Notes under the pieces: model-generated
Seen by the model: only the letters and a program-made list of their open reading frames with translations
Database searches by the model: none
What the model was told of the DNA's origin: nothing
Position numbers and translations under genes: made by a program
Virus record (IMG/VR): IMGVR_UViG_3300028888_001839
Location: 185,001-249,000 of that record
Direction: 5' to 3' (one strand)
Length of the DNA: 64,000 nt
From: a virus
Taxonomy: Duplodnaviria > Heunggongvirae > Uroviricota > Caudoviricetes
Shown here: positions 17,433 to 27,954 of the stretch, in pieces
Position numbering within the stretch: the stretch's first letter is position 1
Layout of the letters: each line of letters begins with the position of its first letter

Positions 17433-18222
17433 AGGAATCAACAACCCATTAATTCTCGCTGCTACTAGCGATATTCATGGACACTTAGAGGGCATACAGG
17501 AAGTATGCTTTTCGAGAAATGTTGACATACTTGTAATAGCAGGAGACATCGAGCCAGCAGACCTCTTTACTAGCAAGCCTTACTGGTTTGAGCGCAAGTT
17601 CTTCCCGCTTATATCGAAACTAAATTGTGAAGTGGTAGCGATTCCTGGCAATCACGACTTCTATCTGTCTAGCAAGTATAAAGCAATCAAGAGAGGCGAA
17701 TACTCACGTGTTCCAAAGAACTTCCATCTTCTGATTGACGAGGAAGTGACGATAAAAGGCATAAGGTTCTATGGCACTCCTTGGGTGCCATACATAAACG
17801 GAAGATGGTGCTTTGAAGCTGATGATGAAGACCTTGCAGACAGGTTTTTGCAGATGCCTGCAAGAGTAGATGTTCTCATAACACATTCTCCGCCTCTAAT
17901 GAAGTATCATGAGGCTGACATGAGTCTAGACTATCCTCCTGAATATCGTCGTCACTTCGGGAGCAATAGTCTTGCTAGAGTGATTGATGCTAAAGCACCT
18001 AGGATGGTTGTCTTTGGCCATATCCATAGCGGCAACCATAGATGCACTACGCTGCATGCGAATCTCGAAAACTCAATAGTCCATATGTGGAACGTATCCC
18101 GAGTGAACGAAGAATACAATATCGCATATAAGATAAAATTGCTAGAACTAAACCCAAACAGTATAAGGGAGATGTCGTTTAATGAGCCATTTCCGACAGG
18201 AAAGGACAAGGTGGTGGGGTAA
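17425..18222 (+). CDS. calcineurin-like metallophosphoesterase
   Basis: DIHGH, GDIEP, GNHD and GHIH motifs; ATG at 17425 overlaps the upstream stop (ATGTTTGA). Confidence 0.65.
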   Translation: MFEGINNPLILAATSDIHGHLEGIQEVCFSRNVDILVIAGDIEPADLFTSKPYWFERKFFPLISKLNCEVVAIPGNHDFYLSSKYKAIKRGEYSRVPKNFHLLIDEEVTIKGIRFYGTPWVPYINGRWCFEADDEDLADRFLQMPARVDVLITHSPPLMKYHEADMSLDYPPEYRRHFGSNSLARVIDAKAPRMVVFGHIHSGNHRCTTLHANLENSIVHMWNVSRVNEEYNIAYKIKLLELNPNSIREMSFNEPFPTGKDKVVG

Positions 18223-20078
18223 TGGCTATTTCTGAAGAACAGAAGGAAGAGGTAAGAGCAAAGGTTGACATAGCCGACCTTATATCCTCTTATGGATTCT
18301 CATTAAAGCCAAGAGGAAGCGAACTTTGGTGCTGCTGCCCATTTCACAACGAAAAGACCCCTAGTTTCAAGGTGGATGTGACACGTGGCACATATCACTG
18401 CTTCGGCTGCGGTGAGAGTGGGGATGTGTTCTCTTTTGTGATGAAGCAGGAGGGGCTTTCTTTTGGAGATGCGATACGGAAGCTCGCAGCATCTGTCGGG
18501 ATAGAACTTCATGCGGCAGAAAATCCAGCAGTGAAGACTAGGAAACGGCTCTATGCAATCATGTCGGAGCTAGCCTTAGACTTTAACAAGATGCTCAAGT
18601 CTACACGATGCAAGGATGCTGACATAGCAAGAGAATATATTAAGGGGAGGGAACTAGATGCAGCCATAGTGGACAAGTTCCTCATAGGGTATGCTCCGAA
18701 AGAGGTGGACAAGATTCTAGCATGGGCTGGGAGACACGGATACTCATATCAAGACCTCGCAGCAGCGGGAATAATAAAGGTTAGCGGTACTGCAAGCCGT
18801 CCACCATATTTCTATTTCGCGAATCGTCTCGTGTTCGCAATCAAGGATAAGAATGGGCAGGTGGTGGCTTTCTCTGGGCGCCAGTTGGTTGAAGACAAGA
18901 AAAGCGGGAAGTACGTCAACTCGCCAGAGACGATGATATTCAAAAAATCAAGAACATTCTTTGCATTCGACGAAGCCCGCAAGAACATCGTGAGGGCTCC
19001 GAACAGAGAAGCGATAATATGCGAGGGGCAGATAGATTGCATACGGCTTCATGCAAATGGGTTCAATACGGCTATAGCTCCATTGGGTACAGCGTTCACG
19101 GAAGACCATGCCGTTATGCTCCATAGGGTTGCCGACAATGCCCTTCTGTGTTTCGACGACGATGGTGCGGGGCACAAGGCAACGATAAAAGCCGCACAGT
19201 TGCTTCTTGCCGAGGGTATGCCAATCAGAGTGCTGGCCCTTCCAGATGGAGACGATCCAGATTCCTATATCTTGAAACATGGGAAGGACTCTTTTTCTAA
19301 CCTCATAGCTTCCAATGCTGAATCTATCGTTCAGTTCCAGATAAGAGCGGCGAGAGCAGCGGAGCAGAATCCAGATGAGACAAATGCAGCAGTGCGGATT
19401 ACTAGAGCCGTACTAGAGACTATAGCGAAATGCAAAGACAAGGTACATCGTTCATTGCTTCTTAAGGAGGCAGCAAAACGATTAGGAGTCGAGTATTCTA
19501 CCTTGGCTAGTGAGATTGCTAAGACAACGAAAGCAGAAGAGGAAGACCAGAGCAAATCGGCGGAACAGCTCATAGAGCCGATTGTTGCTGGTAATGCCGC
19601 CGATGTGAATGCACCTCCTTCCGTAACCGAAGGGGCTTTGATAAACTTTCTTCTCAATAAGAAGGGGGATGTAACCGTCAAGTCTTGCTTGGAAAAATTG
19701 ATTCCAATTGAAATCATCGGTTCCAACACTTCTAGGAAAATTATCAAGAGCATATTGTACTACAAGGAAAGCGAGACAGATAGCATCAGGGAAGCCGTAG
19801 AATCGTTGTCTACAGATGAGTACAAGTCGTTCATAACGATAATGTCTAACTTTGATTCCTCAGACTTCTCTACTGTCTCAGACAAAATACGGATGTTGTA
19901 TTTTGCGAGACAACTCTGGCATGACTATCTTACACGGCTTCTCATAAGAATCGGGAATGGGGGAGAGGATGTAGCTATTGTTGTCAATGCGATAAAGGTT
20001 CTGCATACGGCAACGGCAAAGGGCATAGTGAATCTTATTCGTTCGTTCCCAATAAACAAGTTTGCAAAGGTGGCATAG
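18222..20078 (+). CDS. DnaG-like DNA primase (zinc-binding + TOPRIM domains)
   Basis: CHC2 zinc finger CCCPFHNEKTPSF...HCFGCGESGD; TOPRIM EGQIDCIRL ... DDDGAG. Confidence 0.75.
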   Translation: MAISEEQKEEVRAKVDIADLISSYGFSLKPRGSELWCCCPFHNEKTPSFKVDVTRGTYHCFGCGESGDVFSFVMKQEGLSFGDAIRKLAASVGIELHAAENPAVKTRKRLYAIMSELALDFNKMLKSTRCKDADIAREYIKGRELDAAIVDKFLIGYAPKEVDKILAWAGRHGYSYQDLAAAGIIKVSGTASRPPYFYFANRLVFAIKDKNGQVVAFSGRQLVEDKKSGKYVNSPETMIFKKSRTFFAFDEARKNIVRAPNREAIICEGQIDCIRLHANGFNTAIAPLGTAFTEDHAVMLHRVADNALLCFDDDGAGHKATIKAAQLLLAEGMPIRVLALPDGDDPDSYILKHGKDSFSNLIASNAESIVQFQIRAARAAEQNPDETNAAVRITRAVLETIAKCKDKVHRSLLLKEAAKRLGVEYSTLASEIAKTTKAEEEDQSKSAEQLIEPIVAGNAADVNAPPSVTEGALINFLLNKKGDVTVKSCLEKLIPIEIIGSNTSRKIIKSILYYKESETDSIREAVESLSTDEYKSFITIMSNFDSSDFSTVSDKIRMLYFARQLWHDYLTRLLIRIGNGGEDVAIVVNAIKVLHTATAKGIVNLIRSFPINKFAKVA

Positions 20079-20081
20079 TTT

Positions 20082-21299
20082 ATGAAAAGATTCTTTGCTT
20101 CAGTTCTCCCCGCATTTCTGCTTGCTGTTTCTGTCGGACAGATTTATGCTTTCACTAACTTCTCTTCGGAGATAGCATCTTACATAGGGGAGACGCAGCA
20201 GGCGGTGCAGTTCGCATTCTCATTGGGGATATTCTTTCTAGGGATGGGGGCTGCATTCTTCGGTAAGATTGTGGAGAAGAACATTCATCGTTCCACCATG
20301 ATAGGAATGGCTCTATTCATAACGGGACTAGCCGTAACCTCTGTCGGAATATACTTCAAGTCACTCTGGTCTATCTATCTTGGCTATGGTTTTCTTCTAG
20401 GGCTAGGGACTGGAGTTATCTATATAACCCCAGTGAAGACGATGATGCTATGGTTCCCAGACAATAAGGCCATCGCCGCCGCAGTCCCAATCATTTCATT
20501 TGGGTTGGGTTCTACTCTTTCGACAATCATATACAAAGGGTGTTGCGGAATCGGAGGACTTTATGACTTGTTCAATGTAGCAACCGACAGCAAGGGAATG
20601 TTTTTCGTGATGATGTCTTTTGCCGTCATCTACCTTGTCACGATGGGTATTGCATCTACGATGCTTCGGAAGCCAGATGCAGCCAATAATGCAGACATAG
20701 TTAATCCGAAAATCAGTTCTTTCTCTTATGTTCGCTTGCTAGGTGATAGGTTCTTTCTGCAGTCTTGGCTTTTTATGTTCCTTAACATCTCTGCTGGTCT
20801 CTGTCTAATCCCATTGGCAAAGCAGATGATGGATGCCCCAGACATAGGTTATCGTGCATCTACTATCACCTTGGTGATAGGGCTATGTGGACTAATGAAT
20901 GGCGGAGGTAGGTTCTTCTTTGCATGGTGGAGCGATAGACTGACTATTAGGAAGCATATCCTAATTTATATATCTCTTATCTCATTCTTGACGATGGCGG
21001 TTAGCCTTAAGTTCGCCGTGGTAATAGGCATAGCCCTACTCATCATAAATGCCTGTTATGGTGCGGGATTCTCCGTCATACCGGGTATTTTGGCAGACCA
21101 CTATGGCATGTCGGACATATCTAAGATCCACGGAGCGGTTCTGTCTGCATGGGGAGTGGCAGGCCTTGTCGGGAATCAGGCGGCACTCTATGTTGGAAGC
21201 AATTTTGGAGGGTATAAGGCCGTCATAAGTATGCTTATCATTGTCTATTTGTTGAATATGCTAAACTCTGGGTATATGCTAAAGAAGCACGAAAGATGA
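20082..21299 (+). CDS. MFS-type membrane transporter (oxalate/formate-antiporter-like)
   Basis: 405 aa with about 12 predicted hydrophobic helices; MFS motif-A-like WWSDRLTIRK between helices. Confidence 0.55.
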   Translation: MKRFFASVLPAFLLAVSVGQIYAFTNFSSEIASYIGETQQAVQFAFSLGIFFLGMGAAFFGKIVEKNIHRSTMIGMALFITGLAVTSVGIYFKSLWSIYLGYGFLLGLGTGVIYITPVKTMMLWFPDNKAIAAAVPIISFGLGSTLSTIIYKGCCGIGGLYDLFNVATDSKGMFFVMMSFAVIYLVTMGIASTMLRKPDAANNADIVNPKISSFSYVRLLGDRFFLQSWLFMFLNISAGLCLIPLAKQMMDAPDIGYRASTITLVIGLCGLMNGGGRFFFAWWSDRLTIRKHILIYISLISFLTMAVSLKFAVVIGIALLIINACYGAGFSVIPGILADHYGMSDISKIHGAVLSAWGVAGLVGNQAALYVGSNFGGYKAVISMLIIVYLLNMLNSGYMLKKHER

Positions 21300-21348
21300 G
21301 GTTTAACTGCAAGGCAAATATTGGTAAGGCAAGGAGCGGCAAAAGAGT

Positions 21349-21966
21349 ATGGCGGACAACTACTATAGTTTCGTGTTCGATGAGAGAGCAAGAACTGAGA
21401 AGTTCTACAAAGACCTTTCAGATGACGACATAACATATCTTGAGGCAGCCGCTAGGCATGACTACGAAACTACTTCAACCCTCCTAGACAAGTATTTCAG
21501 GCAGAAGATGCCTGACACAAGGGCTAAAAAGGTAGTATGGCGTAGAGACAACAAAAGGGACATCTGGGTATACCAGATTCACCGAAAGAACAAGTCTGAT
21601 GCAGGTTGGCTTGGAGAGGGAGTCTATTTCTACGGAGCAGAAGAGGAAGCATGGAAGGCCGTGGAATACGGATATTGGATGCAGGGCTTCTACATCAATG
21701 TGACAGCCCCATTCATTATGGACAGAGACCTGCATGATGCAGTCATTCATGCTAATGACGGAAAGGTATCCGCGAGACTTACCGCATACCTAGGTGGAGG
21801 GAAGTTGAAGATGGATGGAGTGTTCTGGGCTGGCGACATGCGAGAAGAGTGGTGCATTTTCGATGCAAAGCAGATGAAGAGGGCAGAAGTAACCAGAGAT
21901 AATGAGGGTAGGGTTATCCCTCTGTCTCGCAGATTCGATTTGGACAACCCAGACAATCGGTATTAA
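21349..21966 (+). CDS. hypothetical protein
   Basis: 205 aa ORF with RBS; weak resemblance to ART-like H...GxYF...E patterns (RHDYET, GEGVYFYG, EEWCIFD), not established. Confidence 0.45.
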   Translation: MADNYYSFVFDERARTEKFYKDLSDDDITYLEAAARHDYETTSTLLDKYFRQKMPDTRAKKVVWRRDNKRDIWVYQIHRKNKSDAGWLGEGVYFYGAEEEAWKAVEYGYWMQGFYINVTAPFIMDRDLHDAVIHANDGKVSARLTAYLGGGKLKMDGVFWAGDMREEWCIFDAKQMKRAEVTRDNEGRVIPLSRRFDLDNPDNRY

Positions 21967-21992
21967 TAGGATTTTCAAACAGGAGAAAGACT

Positions 21993-22280
21993 ATGGCAGA
22001 CAATTACTTTGATTACCTATATGGCGTAAACGGCAAAGAGGAGAAAACCGTGACGGATGAGAAGCCGACTCCCCCCGATACTGTGGCGCAGGATGAGGCT
22101 ATCGGCAAGCCGTGGACGCACCGCATTACTATTTACTGTGCAAATCCATCAAAGGATTTCCTTGATGGGCTGAAGCAGAATGAGTGCGTTGTTGCGGTCT
22201 ATGAGAAAGCAAAGGAAACCGAAAGCGCTCCTGCCGACAAGACCGAATCTAAGGCGGACGACGCCCCTTCCAACGAATAG
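21993..22280 (+). CDS. hypothetical small acidic protein
   Basis: 95 aa ORF with GGAG RBS. Confidence 0.4.
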   Translation: MADNYFDYLYGVNGKEEKTVTDEKPTPPDTVAQDEAIGKPWTHRITIYCANPSKDFLDGLKQNECVVAVYEKAKETESAPADKTESKADDAPSNE

Positions 22281-22376
22281 AATAGGCTCCGGGAACTTTT
22301 AGTCTCGGAGCTTGCCTTTGTCCCGCAAAAGCGGAGCAACGGTGTCCCCCACTATGTCCAGAAAGGTTTTAGACAA

Positions 22377-24623
22377 ATGAACATCATCAAGAGAAACGGC
22401 GAGGAAGCGGCATTCAACAAGGCTAAGATAGTGGCCGCTATATCCAAGGCGAACAAAACCGTAGCGGATAGCGAACGGTTAACGGTGGAACAAATTAACG
22501 GGATAGCGGAGCATATACAGGAATATGCAAAGGAAGTAGGAAGGGCTTTGTCTGTAGAGGAAATCCAGGACTTAGTAGAGACGAAGATACAGCAATGCGG
22601 TGCTTTTAATGTAGCTAAAAACTATATCAAGTATAGGTTCACACGAGAACTCCAAAGGCGGAAAAACACAACGGATGACAATATTCTATCGCTTGTCGGG
22701 AACTCTAACGAAGAGGCGAAACAAGAGAATTCCAACAAAAACCCAACTATAGCATCGACACAACGGGACTACATCGCTGGTGAAGTAAGCAAGGATATTT
22801 CAAGGCGGATTCTTCTCCCAGAGTGCGTGACTAAAGCACACGACGAAGGTATTATCCACTTCCACGACCTCGATTACTACATTGAAAAAATTTTTAACTG
22901 CTGTTTAGTGAATCTGGAGGATATGCTTCAGAACGGGACGGTAATATCTGGGACGATGATAGAGAAGCCGCATTCGTTCTCCACAGCCTGCAACGTGGCA
23001 ACACAGATTATAGCACAGGTTGCCTCTAACCAATATGGTGGACAATCAATTTCTCTTACTCATCTTGCACCCTTTGTAGATGTGTCCCGACAGAGAATTA
23101 GGAAGGAACTTCAGAAGGAATTTGAACTGCTAGGAGTTACAGATGAGGGTAAATTCAATACTATCTTGGAAGATAGGGTTAGAGAGGAAATCAAGAGGGG
23201 AGTACAGACTATCCAGTATCAGGTCATCACTCTGATGACTACCAATGGGCAGGCTCCGTTCATTACAGTTTTCATGTATCTTGGGGAAGCCCGTAATGAG
23301 CAGGAGAAGAAAGACCTTGCGATTATCATAGAGGAAGTCCTAAAACAGAGGATAGAGGGTGTGAAGAATGAGAAGGGCGTCTGGATTACGCCTGCATTCC
23401 CGAAGCTCATATATGTACTTGAAGAACAGAACATTACAAAGGGTGCTCCATACTGGTATCTCACGGAACTTGCCGCCGAATGCACCGCTAAGAGGATGGT
23501 TCCTGACTACATCTCAGAGAAGATAATGAAGCGGCTGAAACTCTCAAAGGGCGAGACTGTAGGCAACGGAGACGTATATACCTGCATGGGTTGCCGTTCG
23601 TTCCTTACGCCAGACAGGTCTGGAAACGGGTTTGACAATGTTTCAAAGGCAAAAAACTATGAGACTGGCAAGCCAAAGTATTATGGGAGATTTAATCAGG
23701 GTGTGGTGACAATCAACCTTCCCGACATTGCACTTTCGGCATGTGCTGAGACTAAGGAAGGCGACAATCCAATGCTTCCGTTCTGGAACATCTTTGATGA
23801 GCGGATGGAACTTTGCCATGTTGCATTGCAGTGTAGGCATGAACGCCTTAAGGGGACGCTTTCCGATACGTCGCCTATCCATTGGCAGTACGGAGCACTT
23901 GCAAGACTGAAGAAAGGCGAGAAGATTGACAAGCTCCTTTATGGCGGATATTCTACAATTTCTCTTGGGTATGCAGGACTTTGGGAGTGCGTGTATGCCC
24001 TTATAGGAAAGAAACTTACTGAACCAGAGGGCGAGGAACTTGGCTTAGAGATTATGAGGAAGCTCAATGAGTACACGGCAAAGTGGAAAGCAGCAGAAGA
24101 TATTGACTACTCGCTCTACGGGACTCCTTTGGAATCGACAACCTACAAGTTTGCAAAGGCATTGCAGAAGAGGTTCGGAATCGTGAAGGGCGTCTCCGAC
24201 AAGGGTTACATTACGAATAGTTACCATATTCATGTGACTGAGAAGATAGATGCATTTAGGAAACTCGCATTGGAGGCAAAGTTCCAGCAGTTGTCTCCAG
24301 GCGGGGCTATTTCGTATGTTGAAGTGCCGAATATGCAGAACAATGTTGCTGCCATACTTTCCATGATGCAGTTCATGTACGACACGATTCTGTATAGTGA
24401 AATAAACTCAAAGCATGACTACTGCCAGAAGTGCGGATATGATGGAGAAATTGAAATCAAGGAGGATACAAACGGCAAACTCATTTGGAAGTGTCCGAAC
24501 TGCGGGAACGAAGATCAGAACACGATGAATGTTGCAAGGCGTACATGCGGATACATTGGTACTCAATACTGGAATCAGGGAAGAACGCAGGAAATAAGAG
24601 AACGAGTGATCCATGTGGATTGA
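22377..24623 (+). CDS. nrdD: anaerobic ribonucleoside-triphosphate reductase NrdD
   Basis: N-terminal ATP cone; C-terminal Cys4 zinc ribbon CQKCGY...CPNCGN; glycyl-radical motif RTCGYIGT at the C-terminus. Confidence 0.85.
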   Translation: MNIIKRNGEEAAFNKAKIVAAISKANKTVADSERLTVEQINGIAEHIQEYAKEVGRALSVEEIQDLVETKIQQCGAFNVAKNYIKYRFTRELQRRKNTTDDNILSLVGNSNEEAKQENSNKNPTIASTQRDYIAGEVSKDISRRILLPECVTKAHDEGIIHFHDLDYYIEKIFNCCLVNLEDMLQNGTVISGTMIEKPHSFSTACNVATQIIAQVASNQYGGQSISLTHLAPFVDVSRQRIRKELQKEFELLGVTDEGKFNTILEDRVREEIKRGVQTIQYQVITLMTTNGQAPFITVFMYLGEARNEQEKKDLAIIIEEVLKQRIEGVKNEKGVWITPAFPKLIYVLEEQNITKGAPYWYLTELAAECTAKRMVPDYISEKIMKRLKLSKGETVGNGDVYTCMGCRSFLTPDRSGNGFDNVSKAKNYETGKPKYYGRFNQGVVTINLPDIALSACAETKEGDNPMLPFWNIFDERMELCHVALQCRHERLKGTLSDTSPIHWQYGALARLKKGEKIDKLLYGGYSTISLGYAGLWECVYALIGKKLTEPEGEELGLEIMRKLNEYTAKWKAAEDIDYSLYGTPLESTTYKFAKALQKRFGIVKGVSDKGYITNSYHIHVTEKIDAFRKLALEAKFQQLSPGGAISYVEVPNMQNNVAAILSMMQFMYDTILYSEINSKHDYCQKCGYDGEIEIKEDTNGKLIWKCPNCGNEDQNTMNVARRTCGYIGTQYWNQGRTQEIRERVIHVD

Positions 24624-24668
24624 CAGAAAGAATCTTAATTAGTATTATATCAATGTCCCTAAAGATTA

Positions 24669-24718
24669 GCTACCTTTAGGATGGCTAACGGCAAGTTCCG
24701 CAACTGTCTTGCCGTTGG
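24669..24718 (+). terminator. long hairpin downstream of nrdD (possible terminator or processing site)
   Basis: GGCTAACGGCAAG-ttccgcaactgt-CTTGCCGTTGGCC, 12 of 13 bp stem, weak T-run. Confidence 0.3.
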
Positions 24719-24756
24719 CCTAAATCAAAGTTCAGTTGCTCAAAGGAACAGTTGCA

Positions 24757-25452
24757 ATGGAAGAAGTTTTTTTAGAAGATGAAGAAACTGGATATTTAGT
24801 CTCTAATATAGGAAGGGTTGTAAGCAAGAGAGGTAAGATACTTAATTGCAGGCCCTATGATAATGGATATGTAGTAGTAGGCTACTGGGATAGTATAAGA
24901 CATGTACATTCTAGTATAGGTCTCCATAGGTTAGTTGCACGTAATTTTATATCTAATCCATGCGGATTACAACAGATCAATCATAAGGATGAGAATAAGG
25001 CGAATAATAGACTAGATAATTTGGAATGGTGTGATTCTTGCTATAATCAGAGGTATGGCACAACTAATAGTAGAAGACTGAAAACGCGGACAGATAAAGG
25101 CTGTAAGAATGCATGCAAGCACATTATATTGGTGAAAGGTGAAGAAACCAGAGTATTTAGTTCAATCCATGAAGCAGCTTCTGTATTGGGATTACGACAG
25201 GCACATCTTAGTAGCATGGTATCAAAGAAAAAAGGACATCGGTCAGTCAATGGGTGGAAATTACCAGAAGATAGATTCTTTTCTAAAGAGAAGCCAATTA
25301 CGATTATAGATATTTCAACAGGAAATAAAAAAGAATTTCCTTCATGTACTGATGCGGCGCGATTCTTACAATGTGATAGTTCTAATCTAATCCGTATCCT
25401 TAAAAAGGATAATGGGACTAGAAGTTATAAAGGATGGAGGTTAGCACAATGA
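24757..25452 (+). CDS. HNH homing endonuclease (HNH_3/NUMOD-like) inserted between nrdD and nrdG
   Basis: NGYVVVGY...HRLVARNFISNP...NHKDENKANNRLDNLEWCD motifs. Confidence 0.6.
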   Translation: MEEVFLEDEETGYLVSNIGRVVSKRGKILNCRPYDNGYVVVGYWDSIRHVHSSIGLHRLVARNFISNPCGLQQINHKDENKANNRLDNLEWCDSCYNQRYGTTNSRRLKTRTDKGCKNACKHIILVKGEETRVFSSIHEAASVLGLRQAHLSSMVSKKKGHRSVNGWKLPEDRFFSKEKPITIIDISTGNKKEFPSCTDAARFLQCDSSNLIRILKKDNGTRSYKGWRLAQ

Positions 25453-25943
25453 AAGTGGCAGAAATAAAAGGATGTGACATAGCAGATGGATATGGCGTAC
25501 GTGTTGGATTGTATGTAAGCGGATGTTCCAGGAAGTGCCGTGGCTGTCACAATATGCAAGCTCAGTCTTTTGACTACGGGAAGCCTTTTAATAGAGCAGT
25601 CAAAGAAGAGATTCTTTCCTTAGTAGGGAAACCATACTGTGCAGGATTATCGGTGTTGGGTGGCGAGCCAATGGAAGGAGATAACCGCAAGACGGTAATA
25701 TCGCTCTGCAAAGAGGTGAAAGAGAAGTTCCCCGACAAGGATATCTGGATGTGGACTGGGTACAGATATGAGGAGCTTCTCGCAGATGAAACGGCAAGGG
25801 AGATATTTGACTACATAGACTATGTAGTAGATGGGCCTTTTGTAGAGGAGATGAAGGACTTGTCGCTACGGTTTTGCGGGAGTAGCAACCAGAGGATTTT
25901 GAAGTTGCACCCTATGGTGGAAGAACTTCCAAACCATAATTAG
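25449..25943 (+). CDS. nrdG: anaerobic ribonucleotide reductase activating protein NrdG (radical SAM)
   Basis: CxxxCxxC cluster GCSRKCRGCHN, about 165 aa, adjacent to nrdD. Confidence 0.75.
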   Translation: MKVAEIKGCDIADGYGVRVGLYVSGCSRKCRGCHNMQAQSFDYGKPFNRAVKEEILSLVGKPYCAGLSVLGGEPMEGDNRKTVISLCKEVKEKFPDKDIWMWTGYRYEELLADETAREIFDYIDYVVDGPFVEEMKDLSLRFCGSSNQRILKLHPMVEELPNHN

Positions 25944-25992
25944 CATCAATGTGTCCCCTCGGCATTTCCTAGAGATTGAAGAGGAAATGTAG

Positions 25993-27882
25993 ATGAAGAA
26001 GAAATGGTTTCGAACTGTACTGATGGCTGGCGGAGTTGCTGCTCTTGCCGCTGGCACAGCAGTTACTGTCGCAGTATTGAGGGGAAGAGATACTGGCATC
26101 ATTACTGTTAGCAATGTGTTAGAACTAATAGATGCGGTTGCTACTGGACGGCAGGGTGATACTATAATTGTAAGTGAGGTAGGTTCGCCTTATCATCTCG
26201 ATGAGCAACCTTGCATGAGTAGGGTTGGACATTTATATATTACAAAAGGACTAAGCCTTAGAGGGAGGACGGGGAGACCGGAAGATGTTGTATTAGTAGG
26301 TTCCACGAATAGGCTCATATACATAAATGCCCCCGGATGCAAGATTAGTAGCATGATGCTTATTGGTGGGAACTGCATCAATAACATAAATACAACAAAC
26401 AAGCCCAAGGATTCTCTATGGGGAGGAGGAATATATTTAGGACTAGCATCAAACGAATGTAGGATTGCCAACTGCATATTTACTAACAACACTGCTTTTA
26501 GAGGCGGAGCAATTGCAGCGCTCAAATCTTCTGACAGCACTTCTACTATAGTAGGGTGCAAGTTCTTTGGGAACAAAGCCATGTCTCATGGTGGAGCTAT
26601 CTACAATGGGAGCAGAGTCTATAGCGCCCTATTCGCAGGGAATGTGGCCCAGACAAACGGCGGTGCTATTGCAAACGGATATGTAGAAGATAGTGTTAGC
26701 AAGGGGAATAAGGCCAGAAAAGGGAGCGACCTGTCTGAATGTAAAGCATATAGATATGTATTATCTGATATTGGAGAACCGAATATCAGCAGGTTCTACA
26801 ATTGTGAGATTGACAGAGGTCGGATTATATCCACGAATGGAATAGTGTTTACGGGTTTTTTCGATGTAAGGAATTCACTAGTAGCGGACGGGAAAGATAT
26901 AATCTTGGCCAAAAACTTGGAATACAAAGGAGAAGAAGAACCAAGGATCTTATGCTCTACTATAGTAAGCAATATCGGATATAGATTAATATCACCTCCT
27001 ATAAACTATGATCCAGGGATGTCGGCTAGTCTCATCATCTCAAACTGCCTATTCTATGGCAATAGCATTGAGGGGATGAAGGTCAACAAGGAGGCTGCTA
27101 CGAATGGGACATATAAGACGATGCAATTGACAAAAGGGCAGCGGCTTGTAGCATTTGGGTGGGACGGGTATTTCCCAGAAAGAGGAACAAAAAACTATTA
27201 TAAATCATATAATCAAGAGGAATACCCAGACGGCTATAGCATCTCTCTTGACATAGAAGCATTGGATGAAAACTATAGAAGTGTAACAACTCAAGTTTCG
27301 GATGGGTATCAACCGGCAACATACTCTTTGACATGGAGGGAATATTATTATGCGCTAGGATGGGATGGAGTTAATAAGATGACATTTCAAGTTAAGTATC
27401 GTGAGGCCGCCCTATCACCATTGTCTGCCGGCTCTTTAAGTTCCTTGAACGATTACATAAGTAGCAGTCTAACGTGGGATCAGTTTTATAGGGATAACGG
27501 ATGGGATGGAATAGGAGACTTTATTGGGACTCTCAATTATGACATAAGCAAGAAAGACCTACAATATCTGAAACTATCAAATAGCATAGCAGGAATAGAG
27601 GATGGAGGTGATTCGACTTTGGTCAACACCTATGTGTATGATAGGGCAATCTTCAATCCGAAGTTCGCATTGAGCCTTGATGCTAGCAATCCCTATGCAA
27701 TCGACAAGTCTTCTCCTGCTTGCCACTTGAGTTTTGGCAGCTTAATAGAGCAGATACCAATTGATAATTGGATGCTCAACTCAAAAGATTTACGTGGTTC
27801 TCCAAGGACATATGGTGGCGGACTTGACATAGGAGCCTATCAGGCAGCAGTGTTCTACCCCTTCGTGATGTTTATTCGCTAA
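25993..27882 (+). CDS. secreted right-handed beta-helix protein with Pmp-like GGAI repeats (possible tail spike or adhesin)
   Basis: N-terminal hydrophobic signal; repeats FRGGAIAAL, SHGGAIYNG, TNGGAIANG, WGGGIYLG. Confidence 0.5.
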   Translation: MKKKWFRTVLMAGGVAALAAGTAVTVAVLRGRDTGIITVSNVLELIDAVATGRQGDTIIVSEVGSPYHLDEQPCMSRVGHLYITKGLSLRGRTGRPEDVVLVGSTNRLIYINAPGCKISSMMLIGGNCINNINTTNKPKDSLWGGGIYLGLASNECRIANCIFTNNTAFRGGAIAALKSSDSTSTIVGCKFFGNKAMSHGGAIYNGSRVYSALFAGNVAQTNGGAIANGYVEDSVSKGNKARKGSDLSECKAYRYVLSDIGEPNISRFYNCEIDRGRIISTNGIVFTGFFDVRNSLVADGKDIILAKNLEYKGEEEPRILCSTIVSNIGYRLISPPINYDPGMSASLIISNCLFYGNSIEGMKVNKEAATNGTYKTMQLTKGQRLVAFGWDGYFPERGTKNYYKSYNQEEYPDGYSISLDIEALDENYRSVTTQVSDGYQPATYSLTWREYYYALGWDGVNKMTFQVKYREAALSPLSAGSLSSLNDYISSSLTWDQFYRDNGWDGIGDFIGTLNYDISKKDLQYLKLSNSIAGIEDGGDSTLVNTYVYDRAIFNPKFALSLDASNPYAIDKSSPACHLSFGSLIEQIPIDNWMLNSKDLRGSPRTYGGGLDIGAYQAAVFYPFVMFIR

Positions 27883-27900
27883 AATTTTTTCTATCCCCTA

Positions 27901-27930
27901 TTGAAACCCGGAACGAGGGTGTGGTATAAT
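27901..27930 (+). promoter_or_regulatory. sigma70-type promoter TTGAAA-18-TGgTATAAT (conserved family copy 2)
   Basis: TTGAAA 27901-27906, TATAAT 27925-27930; shares CTATTGAAACCCG...GTGTGGTATAAT with the copies at 8674 and 35029. Confidence 0.55.
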
Positions 27931-27954
27931 ATCCCGCGTCAAGGACAATAGGCG

